This document shows, piece after piece, positions 9,694-18,355 of a stretch of DNA of 29,877 nt. Source of the stretch: Oligoflexales bacterium (lineage in GTDB: Bacteria > Bdellovibrionota_B > Oligoflexia > Oligoflexales > RGVZ01); contig JBIIGV010000023.1 of assembly GCA_044236265.1 (NCBI GenBank), positions 1 to 29,877 of the forward strand, read 5' to 3'. The notes under the pieces were generated by a model. It made no database searches, was not told the origin of the DNA, and saw only the letters and a list, made by a program, of their open reading frames with translations. How positions within the stretch are numbered: position 1 is the stretch's first letter; each line of letters starts with the position of its first letter. A program made the translations under genes and the position numbers.

Positions 9694-12210
9694 TTAGTGA
9701 TGGATATGGGTGTCGCCTGCCGCGACTTCGCTTTCAGTGATTCGTTTCAGCTTCTCAAAAAGCGCATCCTGGCGATCTTTTTCTTCCTTCTTGAAGTCCT
9801 CCCAAGCCAGGGCGTGCATCAAGACAGAGTCCATATGATCAACGCAAACCACTTTGATCTCTTTGAGAATATTTTTTGGGATATCGATCAGATCCTTCTC
9901 GTTTTCCCGCGGGACGATAACCTTGGTAATGCCACCACGGTGAGCAGCTAGGATCTTCTCCTTTAGGCCACCGATGGGTAGGGCGCGTCCGCGAAGCGTA
10001 ATCTCACCAGTCATAGCGACATCCTTGCTGACCGGGCGCTTTGTGAAAGCACTGGTCAGGGCTGTTGCCATGCAAAGACCCGCTGAAGGGCCATCTTTCG
10101 GAATCGCTCCTTCTGGAACATGAATATGAATATCGACCTTGTCGTAGAAACCCTCTTCCAATTCCAGGAATGCAGCGCGTGAGCGTACGTAGCTCATAGC
10201 TGCCTGAGCAGACTCTTGCATGACATCGCCAAGTTTACCAGTGATGGTCAACTTACCCTTACCAGGAACCGTTGTGACTTCAACCACGAGAAGGTCTCCG
10301 CCAGTCTCCGTCCAGGCCAAGCCCGTACAAATGCCAATTTCATTGGCACTGTTTTGCATACCGACACGGTGGCGACGGGGGCCAAGGTACTTATTGACAG
10401 ATTTCTCAGTGATGGTCTCGGATATAGAAATCTTGGGTCGTATAACGGATCCTTCAGCTGTCGCTGACGATTCCGCGGACTCTTCCGCGCTCTCTTCTCC
10501 AAGTTTTAAAAGGTGTTTGTGAGCCACCTTACGGCAAACACTTCCGATCTCGCGCTCAAGATTACGTACACCTGCTTCGCGCGTGTAGTACGTGATGATT
10601 TCACGCAAGGCCTTTGGTTGGAAGGTTATGGAACTACCTCCCAAGCCATTTTCCTTCAGCTCCTTGGGAACAAGATACTGCTGGGCAATCGCTAGCTTCT
10701 CTTCTTCCGTGTATCCAGTCAGCTGAATGATCTCCATGCGGTCTAAAAGAGGCTTAGGAATTGTATGAAGGTTGTTCGCGGTGGCGATAAACAAGCAGCG
10801 AGACAGGTCGTAATCAAGATCAAGGTAGTGATCTACGAAATTATGGTTCTGCTCTGGATCAAGGACTTCGAGCATGGCGCTTGAGGGGTCGCCGCGGAAG
10901 TCTTGACTCATCTTGTCGACCTCATCCAGCAGCACCACTGGGTTTGATTTACCAGCCTTTTTTAATGCCTGAATGATCTTGCCTGGCATAGAGCCAATGT
11001 AGGTGCGGCGATGACCGCGAACTTCCGCCTCATCGCGAACTCCGCCGAGGGAGATGCGCACGAAGGGGCGGCCCGTGCTTTCTGCAATGCTGCGCGCCAG
11101 CGATGTCTTACCAACTCCTGGGGGGCCTGCAAGGCAGAGAATGGGCCCTTTCGCTTGTTCGCTCAAAGCTCTAACTGATAGATATTCGAGGATACGGTCT
11201 TTGACCTTCTCAAGTCCGTAGTGATCTCTGTTTAAGATGTCAGTCGCTACTTTAATGTTATTTTTTTCAGTCGCGTACTCTGCCCAAGGAAGAGAAAGAA
11301 CCGTGTCGATATAGTTTCTGACAACGGTTGCTTCCGCGCTCATTGGTGACATCAGTTTAAGTTTGCGAAGTTCTTTTTGGAGCTTCTCTCTAGCCTCGGC
11401 CGATAGAGCTTTCTTCTTGATCTGCGCTTCGAGCTCTTGCATTTCTGCACGGCTATCGTCTTTTTCGCCAAGCTCTTTCTGAATGGCCGCCATTTGTTCG
11501 TTGAGGTAATATTCTTTTTGGGTTTTCTCCATCTGGCGTTTTACACGCGCGCGAATTTTCTTTTCGACACGCATAATTTCAATCTCAGACTGGATATAGC
11601 CATAGAGTTCTTCCAAACGAGCGCGAGGGTCCGTTTGCTCGAGAAGTCTTTGCTTATCTTGCAGCTTAAGGTTTGTCAGATGGGAGACCAATGTGTCAGC
11701 AAGCTTCGACTCGTCTTCGATGCCTGTAATGCTTAAAACCATCTCTTGTGGGATGCGCTTATTAAGGCGAACGTAATTGTCGAACGCCATTTTCACGGTG
11801 CGAACAATAGCTTCGTTTTCGATGGTTCCGGTCGACTTCTCCTGCAGTTCTTCTGCTTCAACAAAAAAGAAGTCATCGGAGTTGACAAATTCAGTGATGC
11901 GCGCGCGACGCTGGCCTTCCACCAATACTTTAACCGTCCCATCAGGAAGTCGAAGAAGCTGGATAATCGTCGAAATCGTCCCGACTTTGTAGATGTCGTC
12001 GGCCGTAGGATCGTTTGTTTTTGCCTTCATTTGCGCAGCAAGGAAGATTTCTTTGCTTCCGCTCATTGCTTGCTCGAGTGCGAGTATAGACTTATCGCGA
12101 CCTACGAAAAGAGGCACGACCGTCGAAGGGAATACAAGAATTTCCCGGAGCGGCAATAGTGGTATGCGCTTGCGGCGGCCGTTCGGATCTTGCGGTGTGT
12201 TTGCACTCAC
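9694..12210 (-). CDS. lon: ATP-dependent protease La (Lon, type A)
   Basis: N domain PLLPLR...PLFVGR, Walker [17 protein letters not shown], catalytic PKDGPSAG (Ser) and PIGGLKEK (Lys). GTG start with SD AAGGAGG. Confidence 0.98.
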   Translation of the reverse strand: MSANTPQDPNGRRKRIPLLPLREILVFPSTVVPLFVGRDKSILALEQAMSGSKEIFLAAQMKAKTNDPTADDIYKVGTISTIIQLLRLPDGTVKVLVEGQRRARITEFVNSDDFFFVEAEELQEKSTGTIENEAIVRTVKMAFDNYVRLNKRIPQEMVLSITGIEDESKLADTLVSHLTNLKLQDKQRLLEQTDPRARLEELYGYIQSEIEIMRVEKKIRARVKRQMEKTQKEYYLNEQMAAIQKELGEKDDSRAEMQELEAQIKKKALSAEAREKLQKELRKLKLMSPMSAEATVVRNYIDTVLSLPWAEYATEKNNIKVATDILNRDHYGLEKVKDRILEYLSVRALSEQAKGPILCLAGPPGVGKTSLARSIAESTGRPFVRISLGGVRDEAEVRGHRRTYIGSMPGKIIQALKKAGKSNPVVLLDEVDKMSQDFRGDPSSAMLEVLDPEQNHNFVDHYLDLDYDLSRCLFIATANNLHTIPKPLLDRMEIIQLTGYTEEEKLAIAQQYLVPKELKENGLGGSSITFQPKALREIITYYTREAGVRNLEREIGSVCRKVAHKHLLKLGEESAEESAESSATAEGSVIRPKISISETITEKSVNKYLGPRRHRVGMQNSANEIGICTGLAWTETGGDLLVVEVTTVPGKGKLTITGKLGDVMQESAQAAMSYVRSRAAFLELEEGFYDKVDIHIHVPEGAIPKDGPSAGLCMATALTSAFTKRPVSKDVAMTGEITLRGRALPIGGLKEKILAAHRGGITKVIVPRENEKDLIDIPKNILKEIKVVCVDHMDSVLMHALAWEDFKKEEKDRQDALFEKLKRITESEVAAGDTHIHH

Positions 12211-12315
12211 GATGCACCTCCTTGTTCGCGTCCATAACCATAATTCAAGCCGTCACATCCATGTGAGGCTGGGGGAGAATTTGGCTAAAAAAATCAAAAT
12301 TGACTCTGTAGCCAA

Positions 12316-12344
12316 TTTTAGCAGGAAGTCATCACGACTTGAAA
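12316..12344 (-). promoter_or_regulatory. Putative sigma70-type promoter of lon (TTCAAG-17 nt-TAAAAT, extended -10 TG)
   Basis: The minus strand reads ttcaag tcgtgatgacttcctgc taaaat, downstream of the clpX terminator and about 105 nt upstream of the lon start. Confidence 0.4.
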
Positions 12345-12396
12345 GACAAACAATCAAATAATGTAAAAAATTTTTGGGGTTGCGCATTATTTGTTC

Positions 12397-12433
12397 AACA
12401 AAAATCCCGTTCACCTCACGGGCGAACGGGATT
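12397..12433 (-). terminator. Rho-independent terminator after clpX
   Basis: The minus strand reads AATCCCGTTCGCC-cgtga-GGTGAACGGGATT-TTTGTT. The single G-U pair forms only on the minus-strand RNA, which supports this orientation. Confidence 0.75.
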
Positions 12434-12502
12434 CGAATTTTGTGCAACTGACGCGCAACGATATTGAGCAGCGCTCAAATATCGCCCAAGCCTTAGGCAT
12501 CC

Positions 12503-13786
12503 CTAGCTTTTACCGCCTGCTTCAGCTTTGGTTGGCTCGTGCTCGGGTTTGTACACAAGGATTGGCTCGCCTTTTTTCAAGATGGCCTCTTCGGTAATAA
12601 TCACCTCTTTGAGCCCTACGGTTCCCGGGATCTCGTACATCATCTCGAGCATCGACCCCTCCAAAATGGCGCGCAAACCACGGGCCCCCGTCTTACGCTC
12701 AATGGCTTCCTTGACAACAGCCTTCATTGCGCCATCTGTGAACTTGAGTTCAACGCCCTCGAAGGCGAAGAGTTTACGGAATTGTTTGACGATCGCATTC
12801 TTTGGTTCGCTGAGTACGTTCAATAATGCGGATTCATCCAACTCCTGCAGTGCAACCACGACGGGTAGACGTCCCAAAAATTCTGGAATCATACCGAATT
12901 TCATCAAGTCCTCGGTGCGGACTTGAGACAGAAGTTTGGTAACGTCCTTTTTGGTTTTGGACTGAATGTTCGCACCAAACCCAAGTGAGCTCGTGTCAAT
13001 GCGGGCGGCAACGATGTCTTCAAGGCCGGCAAATGCGCCACCGCAAATGAAGAGGATGTGCGATGTATCAACCTGCAAAAATTCCTGCTGTGGATGCTTT
13101 CGCCCTCCGCGTGGCGGAACGTTTGCAATTGTACCCTCGATAATCTTCAACAGAGCTTGTTGAACGCCTTCACCCGATACGTCGCGAGTGATCGACGTGT
13201 TTTCACCTTTGCGGGCGATCTTATCGATTTCGTCAACGTAGGCGATACCCCTTTGTGCAAGTTCTACATCGTAGTCAGCATTCTGGAGCAAGGATAGAAT
13301 GATGTTTTCAACGTCTTCACCCACGTAGCCAGCTTCGGTCAAGTTTGTAGCGTCACTGATCGTGAATGGTACGTTGAGAATACGCGCCAACGTTTGTGCG
13401 AGAAGTGTCTTTCCAGATCCCGTGGGTCCCACGAGCAAGATGTTGGACTTCTGCAGTTCAACTTCGTCCAAGCCCGGCATCGGTAGTTTGTGTTTGGCAG
13501 CGTCCAAGCGCTTGTAGTGGTTGTGAACGGCCACCGACAAGGTCTTTTTAGCTTGTTCCTGGCCAATGATGTAGTCGTCCAGAATCTTTTTAATGTCTTT
13601 GGGGTTGGGGATTTTGGCCGTAGGTGTGCTGATCTGTTCCTCTTTGGCCGCCTCTTCAATCAAGATCTGATTACAGAGCGCAATACACTCATCGCATATA
13701 TAAACGTTCTGCCCAGCGATCAGCTTTTTGACGTCTCTTTCGCTTTTGCCGCAAAAGCTGCAACTGTGTTTTGATCCTTCTTTCAT
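12503..13786 (-). CDS. clpX: ATP-dependent Clp protease ATP-binding subunit ClpX
   Basis: Zn finger CSFCGK...ICDECI, Walker [15 protein letters not shown] pore loop, [19 protein letters not shown] loop, GARGLR. SD AAGGAG. Confidence 0.98.
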   Translation of the reverse strand: MKEGSKHSCSFCGKSERDVKKLIAGQNVYICDECIALCNQILIEEAAKEEQISTPTAKIPNPKDIKKILDDYIIGQEQAKKTLSVAVHNHYKRLDAAKHKLPMPGLDEVELQKSNILLVGPTGSGKTLLAQTLARILNVPFTISDATNLTEAGYVGEDVENIILSLLQNADYDVELAQRGIAYVDEIDKIARKGENTSITRDVSGEGVQQALLKIIEGTIANVPPRGGRKHPQQEFLQVDTSHILFICGGAFAGLEDIVAARIDTSSLGFGANIQSKTKKDVTKLLSQVRTEDLMKFGMIPEFLGRLPVVVALQELDESALLNVLSEPKNAIVKQFRKLFAFEGVELKFTDGAMKAVVKEAIERKTGARGLRAILEGSMLEMMYEIPGTVGLKEVIITEEAILKKGEPILVYKPEHEPTKAEAGGKS

Positions 13787-13857
13787 GTGTCACTCCTTGT
13801 AATCCCAACCCATCCATAGATGAATCATCATTTTGAATCGTTCACGTCGCGCTGACG

Positions 13858-14457
13858 TTATTTGTCCATATTTCCACGACCACCAGCCACGACTTCGTCG
13901 ATCAGTCCATAGGCTTTGGCTTCGTCGGCTGACATAAAGAAATCACGGTCGATGTCTTCAAGAATTTTTGCGGTCGGTTTTCCAGTTAGATCGCTTAGAA
14001 TTCCAGTCATCTTGGTCTTCAGTTTGATGATCTCTTCCGCCTGAATCGCGATGTCAGAGGCTTGACCAGTTGCTCCGCCGAGTGGTTGGTGAATCATGAT
14101 TCGGCTGTTGGGCAGAGCATAGCGTTTGCCTTTTTCCCCTGCAGCCAAAAGCCAAGCCCCCATCGATGCACATTGGCCGATACAGTATGTTCGGACGTCA
14201 CATCGAATCATGCGCATCGTGTCGTAAATAGCGAGACCTGCGGTTACGCTACCGCCAGGTGAGTTGATGTAGAAATGAATGTCCTTGTCCGGATCTGCGC
14301 TTTCAAGAAACAACATCTGAGCGATGATGATGTTGGCAATCTCATCGTAGACGGGACTTCCCAAAAAGATGATTCGATCTTTGAGCAGTCGAGAGTAAAT
14401 GTCGTAAGATCGTTCGCCGCGACTTGTTTGCTCGACAACTATTGGTACCATTGGCAT
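13858..14457 (-). CDS. clpP: ATP-dependent Clp protease proteolytic subunit ClpP
   Basis: [34 protein letters not shown] (Ser), RIMIHQP (His), DRDFFM (Asp). Start moved to the ATG of [10 protein letters not shown] (14457), which matches the conserved N-terminus; the ORF track starts at 14532. Confidence 0.97.
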   Translation of the reverse strand: MPMVPIVVEQTSRGERSYDIYSRLLKDRIIFLGSPVYDEIANIIIAQMLFLESADPDKDIHFYINSPGGSVTAGLAIYDTMRMIRCDVRTYCIGQCASMGAWLLAAGEKGKRYALPNSRIMIHQPLGGATGQASDIAIQAEEIIKLKTKMTGILSDLTGKPTAKILEDIDRDFFMSADEAKAYGLIDEVVAGGRGNMDK

Positions 14458-14761
14458 CTGAACATTCCCTTCTTCTTCGTTCCATTTGAACAACAAAGAT
14501 CTAAAAAACTTCTGCATCTGCTTCCGTGACATTATTGCGAAGTAGCAGGAATGTTTAAGTTAAATCCATTTCCTGTCGCCGGCAAGTATCACTTTGAAGA
14601 GTCCTCAAGGGGTTATCGGGCAAAGCCCGACTGGCATTAGCTACGGCGAGATTTATGCTTTTTACCAACTCGGGGCAATTTGCTACAATGGCAGGCGTTT
14701 GTATGATAATTTATGACGTTGAAGCCTGTCTTTCTTACACTTAAGCCCAGGATACAACTCT

Positions 14762-15508
14762 ATGGCCCGGTACCACCAACTCGAAAAATTGATCGTTTTG
14801 CCTCTTGTTGCATGGGGATCTCTATCCATGGTTTCTTGCCGTGCGACATCGCCATTGGCGGCGCATACAAAGTCATCTCCGCCAAAAGCTGAGGAGCCAG
14901 TGGCCGCTCCAAAAAGTGAAGCAAATTTGGCCGTGCTACGCTGGGTGGTGGCTACGAGAGCTGGTTCCAGCACTGGGGCAGACGCGGCTGGGTGGAGTCT
15001 TGATCTTAAGACCGACTCGGAAGTGTGGTGTGAAGCCCGCTGTTCAAAATTTGAGTTGATTGAGACAGTTGACGGAGACACCAACGACTTTGGAGTCAAG
15101 AAGACTGCGGTCGTGGGCAATACGTCTCCTGGAATGCTTGATGTAAAAAAGCAAGTTGGTGCTAATCCTGCCAAAGCCGCAAAAGTCAGGCTTTTGAATG
15201 TCGGAGAAAAAGGCCAGATTGTCGTTCTAGAGGACGTGGTCACTTCTGATCGTCCCAATTTTTATGCAGTTCCAATGAAGATTTCTGCCCAGGTTGACGG
15301 TGAGAAATCATCGTTAAAGGGAGAATTTACCGGTAAGACGGTGGAGCTTCGCCTTGAAAAGAATGCATCGCTTCCCGGTGCCGGCACCCGATCATCAGGT
15401 CCAACGGAAGCATTTGTCATGGGTAGTCTTGTGGAGACCAAGGATTCTGCAGGAAAAAGTGTTGAGGTCTTTTGGGCCTTCAAAGTTCTTCCCGCATCTG
15501 AAGAGTGA
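14762..15508 (+). CDS. Hypothetical lipoprotein
   Basis: Basic N-terminus, hydrophobic stretch and lipobox-like MVS-C, then a Pro/Ala/Lys linker and a beta-rich domain. AGGA SD; divergent from clpP. Confidence 0.65.
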   Translation: MARYHQLEKLIVLPLVAWGSLSMVSCRATSPLAAHTKSSPPKAEEPVAAPKSEANLAVLRWVVATRAGSSTGADAAGWSLDLKTDSEVWCEARCSKFELIETVDGDTNDFGVKKTAVVGNTSPGMLDVKKQVGANPAKAAKVRLLNVGEKGQIVVLEDVVTSDRPNFYAVPMKISAQVDGEKSSLKGEFTGKTVELRLEKNASLPGAGTRSSGPTEAFVMGSLVETKDSAGKSVEVFWAFKVLPASEE

Positions 15509-15516
15509 AAAGCTAC

Positions 15517-16806
15517 TTAAAGCGTTCCACTTAGGGACTGAATCCGACGCCATCCGTCGATATCAAGTGTGATCGGTGAGATCACATCATAACCATGAGC
15601 TTTGATTTCCCGAGTTGTGTTGAAAATTCTAAAGCACCAGCTGTGATGCGGATCTTTATAATCACCCAAAGGGATCGTGACAGGGTTTCCTGAAGCATCG
15701 ATCCAGCCGTTTTTGAATAATGTGCGGCACTGGTCGATGGGGATGCTTTGGCTTGTGTCATGACCCATACCAACTGCAAATAGCGCAAACCACGCGTCTG
15801 TTGCCCGGATGGGATCAATGCTAAGTAATCCCAAAAACTCGAGCGCCAGTTCATCAGCCTCCTGCTCATAGGTGTAAACACCGAGCCCAACTTTCGTTGC
15901 TGCCTCCACGGGAGATATGCCGGCCCGGTCACGACCAACCTTAAGATCACGGCAAAGGGTTTTAAGCTCTTCGCGATCAACAGGTTTATGCAGAGGATCA
16001 TTAAGAAGGTAACAATAGCTGTAGTGATCTTTGGAGTCATTGACCACATGCGCTCGATAATAGTGCGCTAGTTCGTGGGCAAGAACTGCGACGAAACTCT
16101 CTTCGTTTGGCAGGGCTGAAAATAGGCCGCTGGTGATGATCACCCAATTTGGGGCAAGATGTGTGACAAAGCTTGGAGTCCACTGATTTGGTTTGAAGTA
16201 GGACTCCCGTCCGCAGTCAGCGCCAAATGCCCACTTGATGTCGCTGCGCTGAGCAGGTTGGATCGAGCAGGGTGCAAAACGTTTAGAAAACCATGTGCTA
16301 AATGACGGCGCATCATCAACGGTGATGTTGAGTTCAACTGGAAAAATATTGTGTGACAACTGATTGGGATTGGAAAAATAGAGGGGTCTTGTTTCTGATA
16401 AAGGGGCTGTGCTTTCAGATTCGTTTCCAGCCATAGCGACTGCCAAATTGTACGCGACGCTGCGGCGACGGGCGGCGAAAGCATCAGGGCTGGCCTTTTT
16501 CATCACGATTATCTGCGGCTTCGGGATTCCTGTCATTTTTTCGGGATATTTTGCAGCGACCGCGGCATGAATGCGCTCAATCCAACTCTTTGCCTTGAGA
16601 CTTAATTCATGTGAGTCAGGAAGATAGTTCGATGGATTCATTTTGATAAAGCGTTCTTGGTCTAATTCGAGATAAGTCCAGCGTCCCTCAGACCAACTGA
16701 CGTCTCCGAGCGTGTGCTTGATTTGCGATGATAATGGTTTGGTAGTCTTGCAAGCTGTCGGTAGGGCGACTGCGTACACTAAAGTTAGCAAATATAAATG
16801 TCTCAC
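15517..16806 (-). CDS. M48-like zinc metalloprotease, lipoprotein
   Basis: Lipobox-like PTA-C; PDAFA, IITSGL, AVLAHELAHY (HEXXH), EQEADELA and a C-terminal DPHH...R motif typical of M48. GTG start with GGAG SD. Confidence 0.8.
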   Translation of the reverse strand: MRHLYLLTLVYAVALPTACKTTKPLSSQIKHTLGDVSWSEGRWTYLELDQERFIKMNPSNYLPDSHELSLKAKSWIERIHAAVAAKYPEKMTGIPKPQIIVMKKASPDAFAARRRSVAYNLAVAMAGNESESTAPLSETRPLYFSNPNQLSHNIFPVELNITVDDAPSFSTWFSKRFAPCSIQPAQRSDIKWAFGADCGRESYFKPNQWTPSFVTHLAPNWVIITSGLFSALPNEESFVAVLAHELAHYYRAHVVNDSKDHYSYCYLLNDPLHKPVDREELKTLCRDLKVGRDRAGISPVEAATKVGLGVYTYEQEADELALEFLGLLSIDPIRATDAWFALFAVGMGHDTSQSIPIDQCRTLFKNGWIDASGNPVTIPLGDYKDPHHSWCFRIFNTTREIKAHGYDVISPITLDIDGWRRIQSLSGTL

Positions 16807-16995
16807 GTTGAGTATGTCTCCGAAACGCTTTGAGGTTTGAGCCTATATTCTATTGTCCGATGATTTCGAGTCTTTGGGAACGCTCCTATTCCAAGGGGCC
16901 GAGATCTTTGGGAATTGGACCTAACAAGGGTGGCCCTATACGAACTTTAGACACTCTGTTTAGACTGGCGACAAAACAGCCTCGTCGTTTTGCCT

Positions 16996-17043
16996 TAAGT
17001 TACTGAATTGATGGGGCTAAGCCTTTTGGCACGCTTCTTCCAT
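16996..17043 (+). promoter_or_regulatory. Putative sigma54 (-24/-12) promoter with an upstream IHF-like site
   Basis: TGGCACGCTTCTTCCAT (17027-17043) matches TGGCACG-N4-TTGC except for G->C at -12. TAAGTTACTGAATT (16996-17009) resembles the reverse IHF consensus. Confidence 0.45.
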
Positions 17044-17125
17044 AAGGCGAAGATGGATCAACACGAATCAGTGTTTAAAGTGGACCGGGACTGCATCAAG
17101 CGCCCCTTACCTTGGAGTGATTGGA

Positions 17126-17425
17126 ATGACAACAGATCAACTTCGATTTTTAAGTATCGATGACCTGCTCATTCTTATGCACTTATCGCAGGAAGGAATG
17201 AGTGTCACAGATGTGGCCAAGCGCTTGAAGTTGACGCAGCCTGCTGTCACTCAGCGTCTTCGTAAAATGGAAGATGCGTTCGGACATAAAATCATTGAGC
17301 GTAAAGGTAGGGGCGTTCAGCTAACGACCTTCGGCCGTGGAATTTCTGAGCGCGCGACATTGGCGCTTTCAGCTTTGAGCGGCGACATGCCGCCACCTGT
17401 TGCAGACGCAAATCCAGTCATTTAA
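17126..17425 (+). CDS. Stand-alone LysR-type winged HTH protein (no effector-binding domain)
   Basis: SVTDVAKRLKLTQPAVTQRLRKMEDAFGHKIIERKGRGVQLTTFG is a LysR HTH. ATG at 17126 has GGAG 8 nt upstream; 99 aa. Confidence 0.85.
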   Translation: MTTDQLRFLSIDDLLILMHLSQEGMSVTDVAKRLKLTQPAVTQRLRKMEDAFGHKIIERKGRGVQLTTFGRGISERATLALSALSGDMPPPVADANPVI

Positions 17426-17807
17426 TCGTGATTTCGTTTTCCCAATCTTCAAACTTATTCAGCTCGGTTTTGATGCGATTGATCGCTAAACCAAACACCG
17501 TGGCATCGTCCGTAAGACCTAAAATTGGTACGAAGTCAGGTATCACGTCTAGTGGGTCAAGCAGATACAAGATGGCTCCAACAACAATCAATAGTGAAGC
17601 GATGCTGACGTCCTTATATTTTCCGGTGGCCCATGCTTTTGACAGACGAAGCATGAGGTCCAGATCTTTTCTCAAGGTTTTAAAGACTCGGTCGTTAGCC
17701 CGAATTTTTTTCTGAGCTAGTGCCGCAAGTCGATTGACACCCTTAGGTTTGTTAACCCAGTTTGTGGCTCCTTGGGCTGCTCTTTTGTAGCTAGAACTAT
17801 CTTCCAA
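17418..17807 (-). CDS. YkvA/DUF1232 family protein
   Basis: GAILYLLDPLDVIPDFVPILGLTDD signature; TTG start with GAGGTGG SD. Confidence 0.9.
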   Translation of the reverse strand: MEDSSSYKRAAQGATNWVNKPKGVNRLAALAQKKIRANDRVFKTLRKDLDLMLRLSKAWATGKYKDVSIASLLIVVGAILYLLDPLDVIPDFVPILGLTDDATVFGLAINRIKTELNKFEDWENEITIK

Positions 17808-17898
17808 AATCCACCTCGAGAACAGTTGCTATGAATCAAGTATACGTGGTGCAATAGGGTGGTGCATCGGAATTTTCACTTTTTGGGAAATAAAGCCT

Positions 17899-18249
17899 AT
17901 GGCGTTAATAGTGGCTGGCGTGATTCGTTACCTGCACATGGCTGTCCTTGCGGTAGCGTTGTTGGGTTGGCTGGCACCATCGCAGGAGCTTTTGAAAGCT
18001 TATGCCGTCTTTATGATCTTGACCATGCTCCAGTGGTCGGTTTGTAACAATCGATGCATTTTAACAATCTGGGAACATAAGCTAACTGGGGTCGACTCCG
18101 GGCCCGGTGCTGAGTCATTCATCGGTCGGATTCTCACGAAACTTACGGGTCGAAAGCCGTCATCGCGATTTGTTGATGGCCTCTCTTACTCTATCGGAAC
18201 CATTTGTCTACTATTGGCACTGTTCAGGCTCTACGGCATGGTCTCTTGA
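17899..18249 (+). CDS. Small membrane protein, DUF2784-like
   Basis: Three hydrophobic helices; motifs YLHM, WSVCNNRCILTIWE and SFIGRIL resemble DUF2784 (H...W....CPLT.WE...FI). Confidence 0.65.
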   Translation: MALIVAGVIRYLHMAVLAVALLGWLAPSQELLKAYAVFMILTMLQWSVCNNRCILTIWEHKLTGVDSGPGAESFIGRILTKLTGRKPSSRFVDGLSYSIGTICLLLALFRLYGMVS

Positions 18250-18302
18250 GCGTGTTTTGCGATCGGGCATGAACCTCGCTATCTCTTGCGTGGAAATTTA
18301 CG

Positions 18303-18337
18303 AAAAAAAGGAGAGGCGGTTGGGCCTCTCCTTTTTT
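18303..18337. terminator. Bidirectional rho-independent terminator between the DUF2784-like gene and tig
   Basis: AAAAAAAGGAGAGGC-ggttgg-GCCTCTCCTTTTTT: perfect stem with A and T tracts on either side, between convergent genes. Confidence 0.9.
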
Positions 18338-18355
18338 GGATTGCTATTGGGGATC

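Noticed and set aside
10425..10510. Acidic/Ser-rich insertion in Lon ([17 protein letters not shown])
   Set aside because: It lies in a loop between the AAA+ and protease domains that is commonly variable; too short and with no intein motifs.
14458..14532. 25-aa N-terminal extension of ClpP in the ORF track
   Set aside because: The conserved ClpP N-terminus begins at MPMVP (14457) after a purine-rich SD-like stretch; the extension is probably an artefact of choosing the longest ORF.
14683..15258. 191-aa minus-strand ORF upstream of clpP
   Set aside because: Antisense shadow of the lipoprotein gene, which has the better SD, signal peptide and composition.
16867..16914. Direct repeats as a CRISPR remnant or IS end
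   Set aside because: Only two copies of 14-15 nt, with no cas or transposase genes; a regulatory site is more plausible.
17418..18249. DUF1232 and DUF2784-like genes as a toxin-antitoxin or defence pair
   Set aside because: They are divergently oriented, widespread small membrane-associated families with no toxin, nuclease or NTPase motifs.
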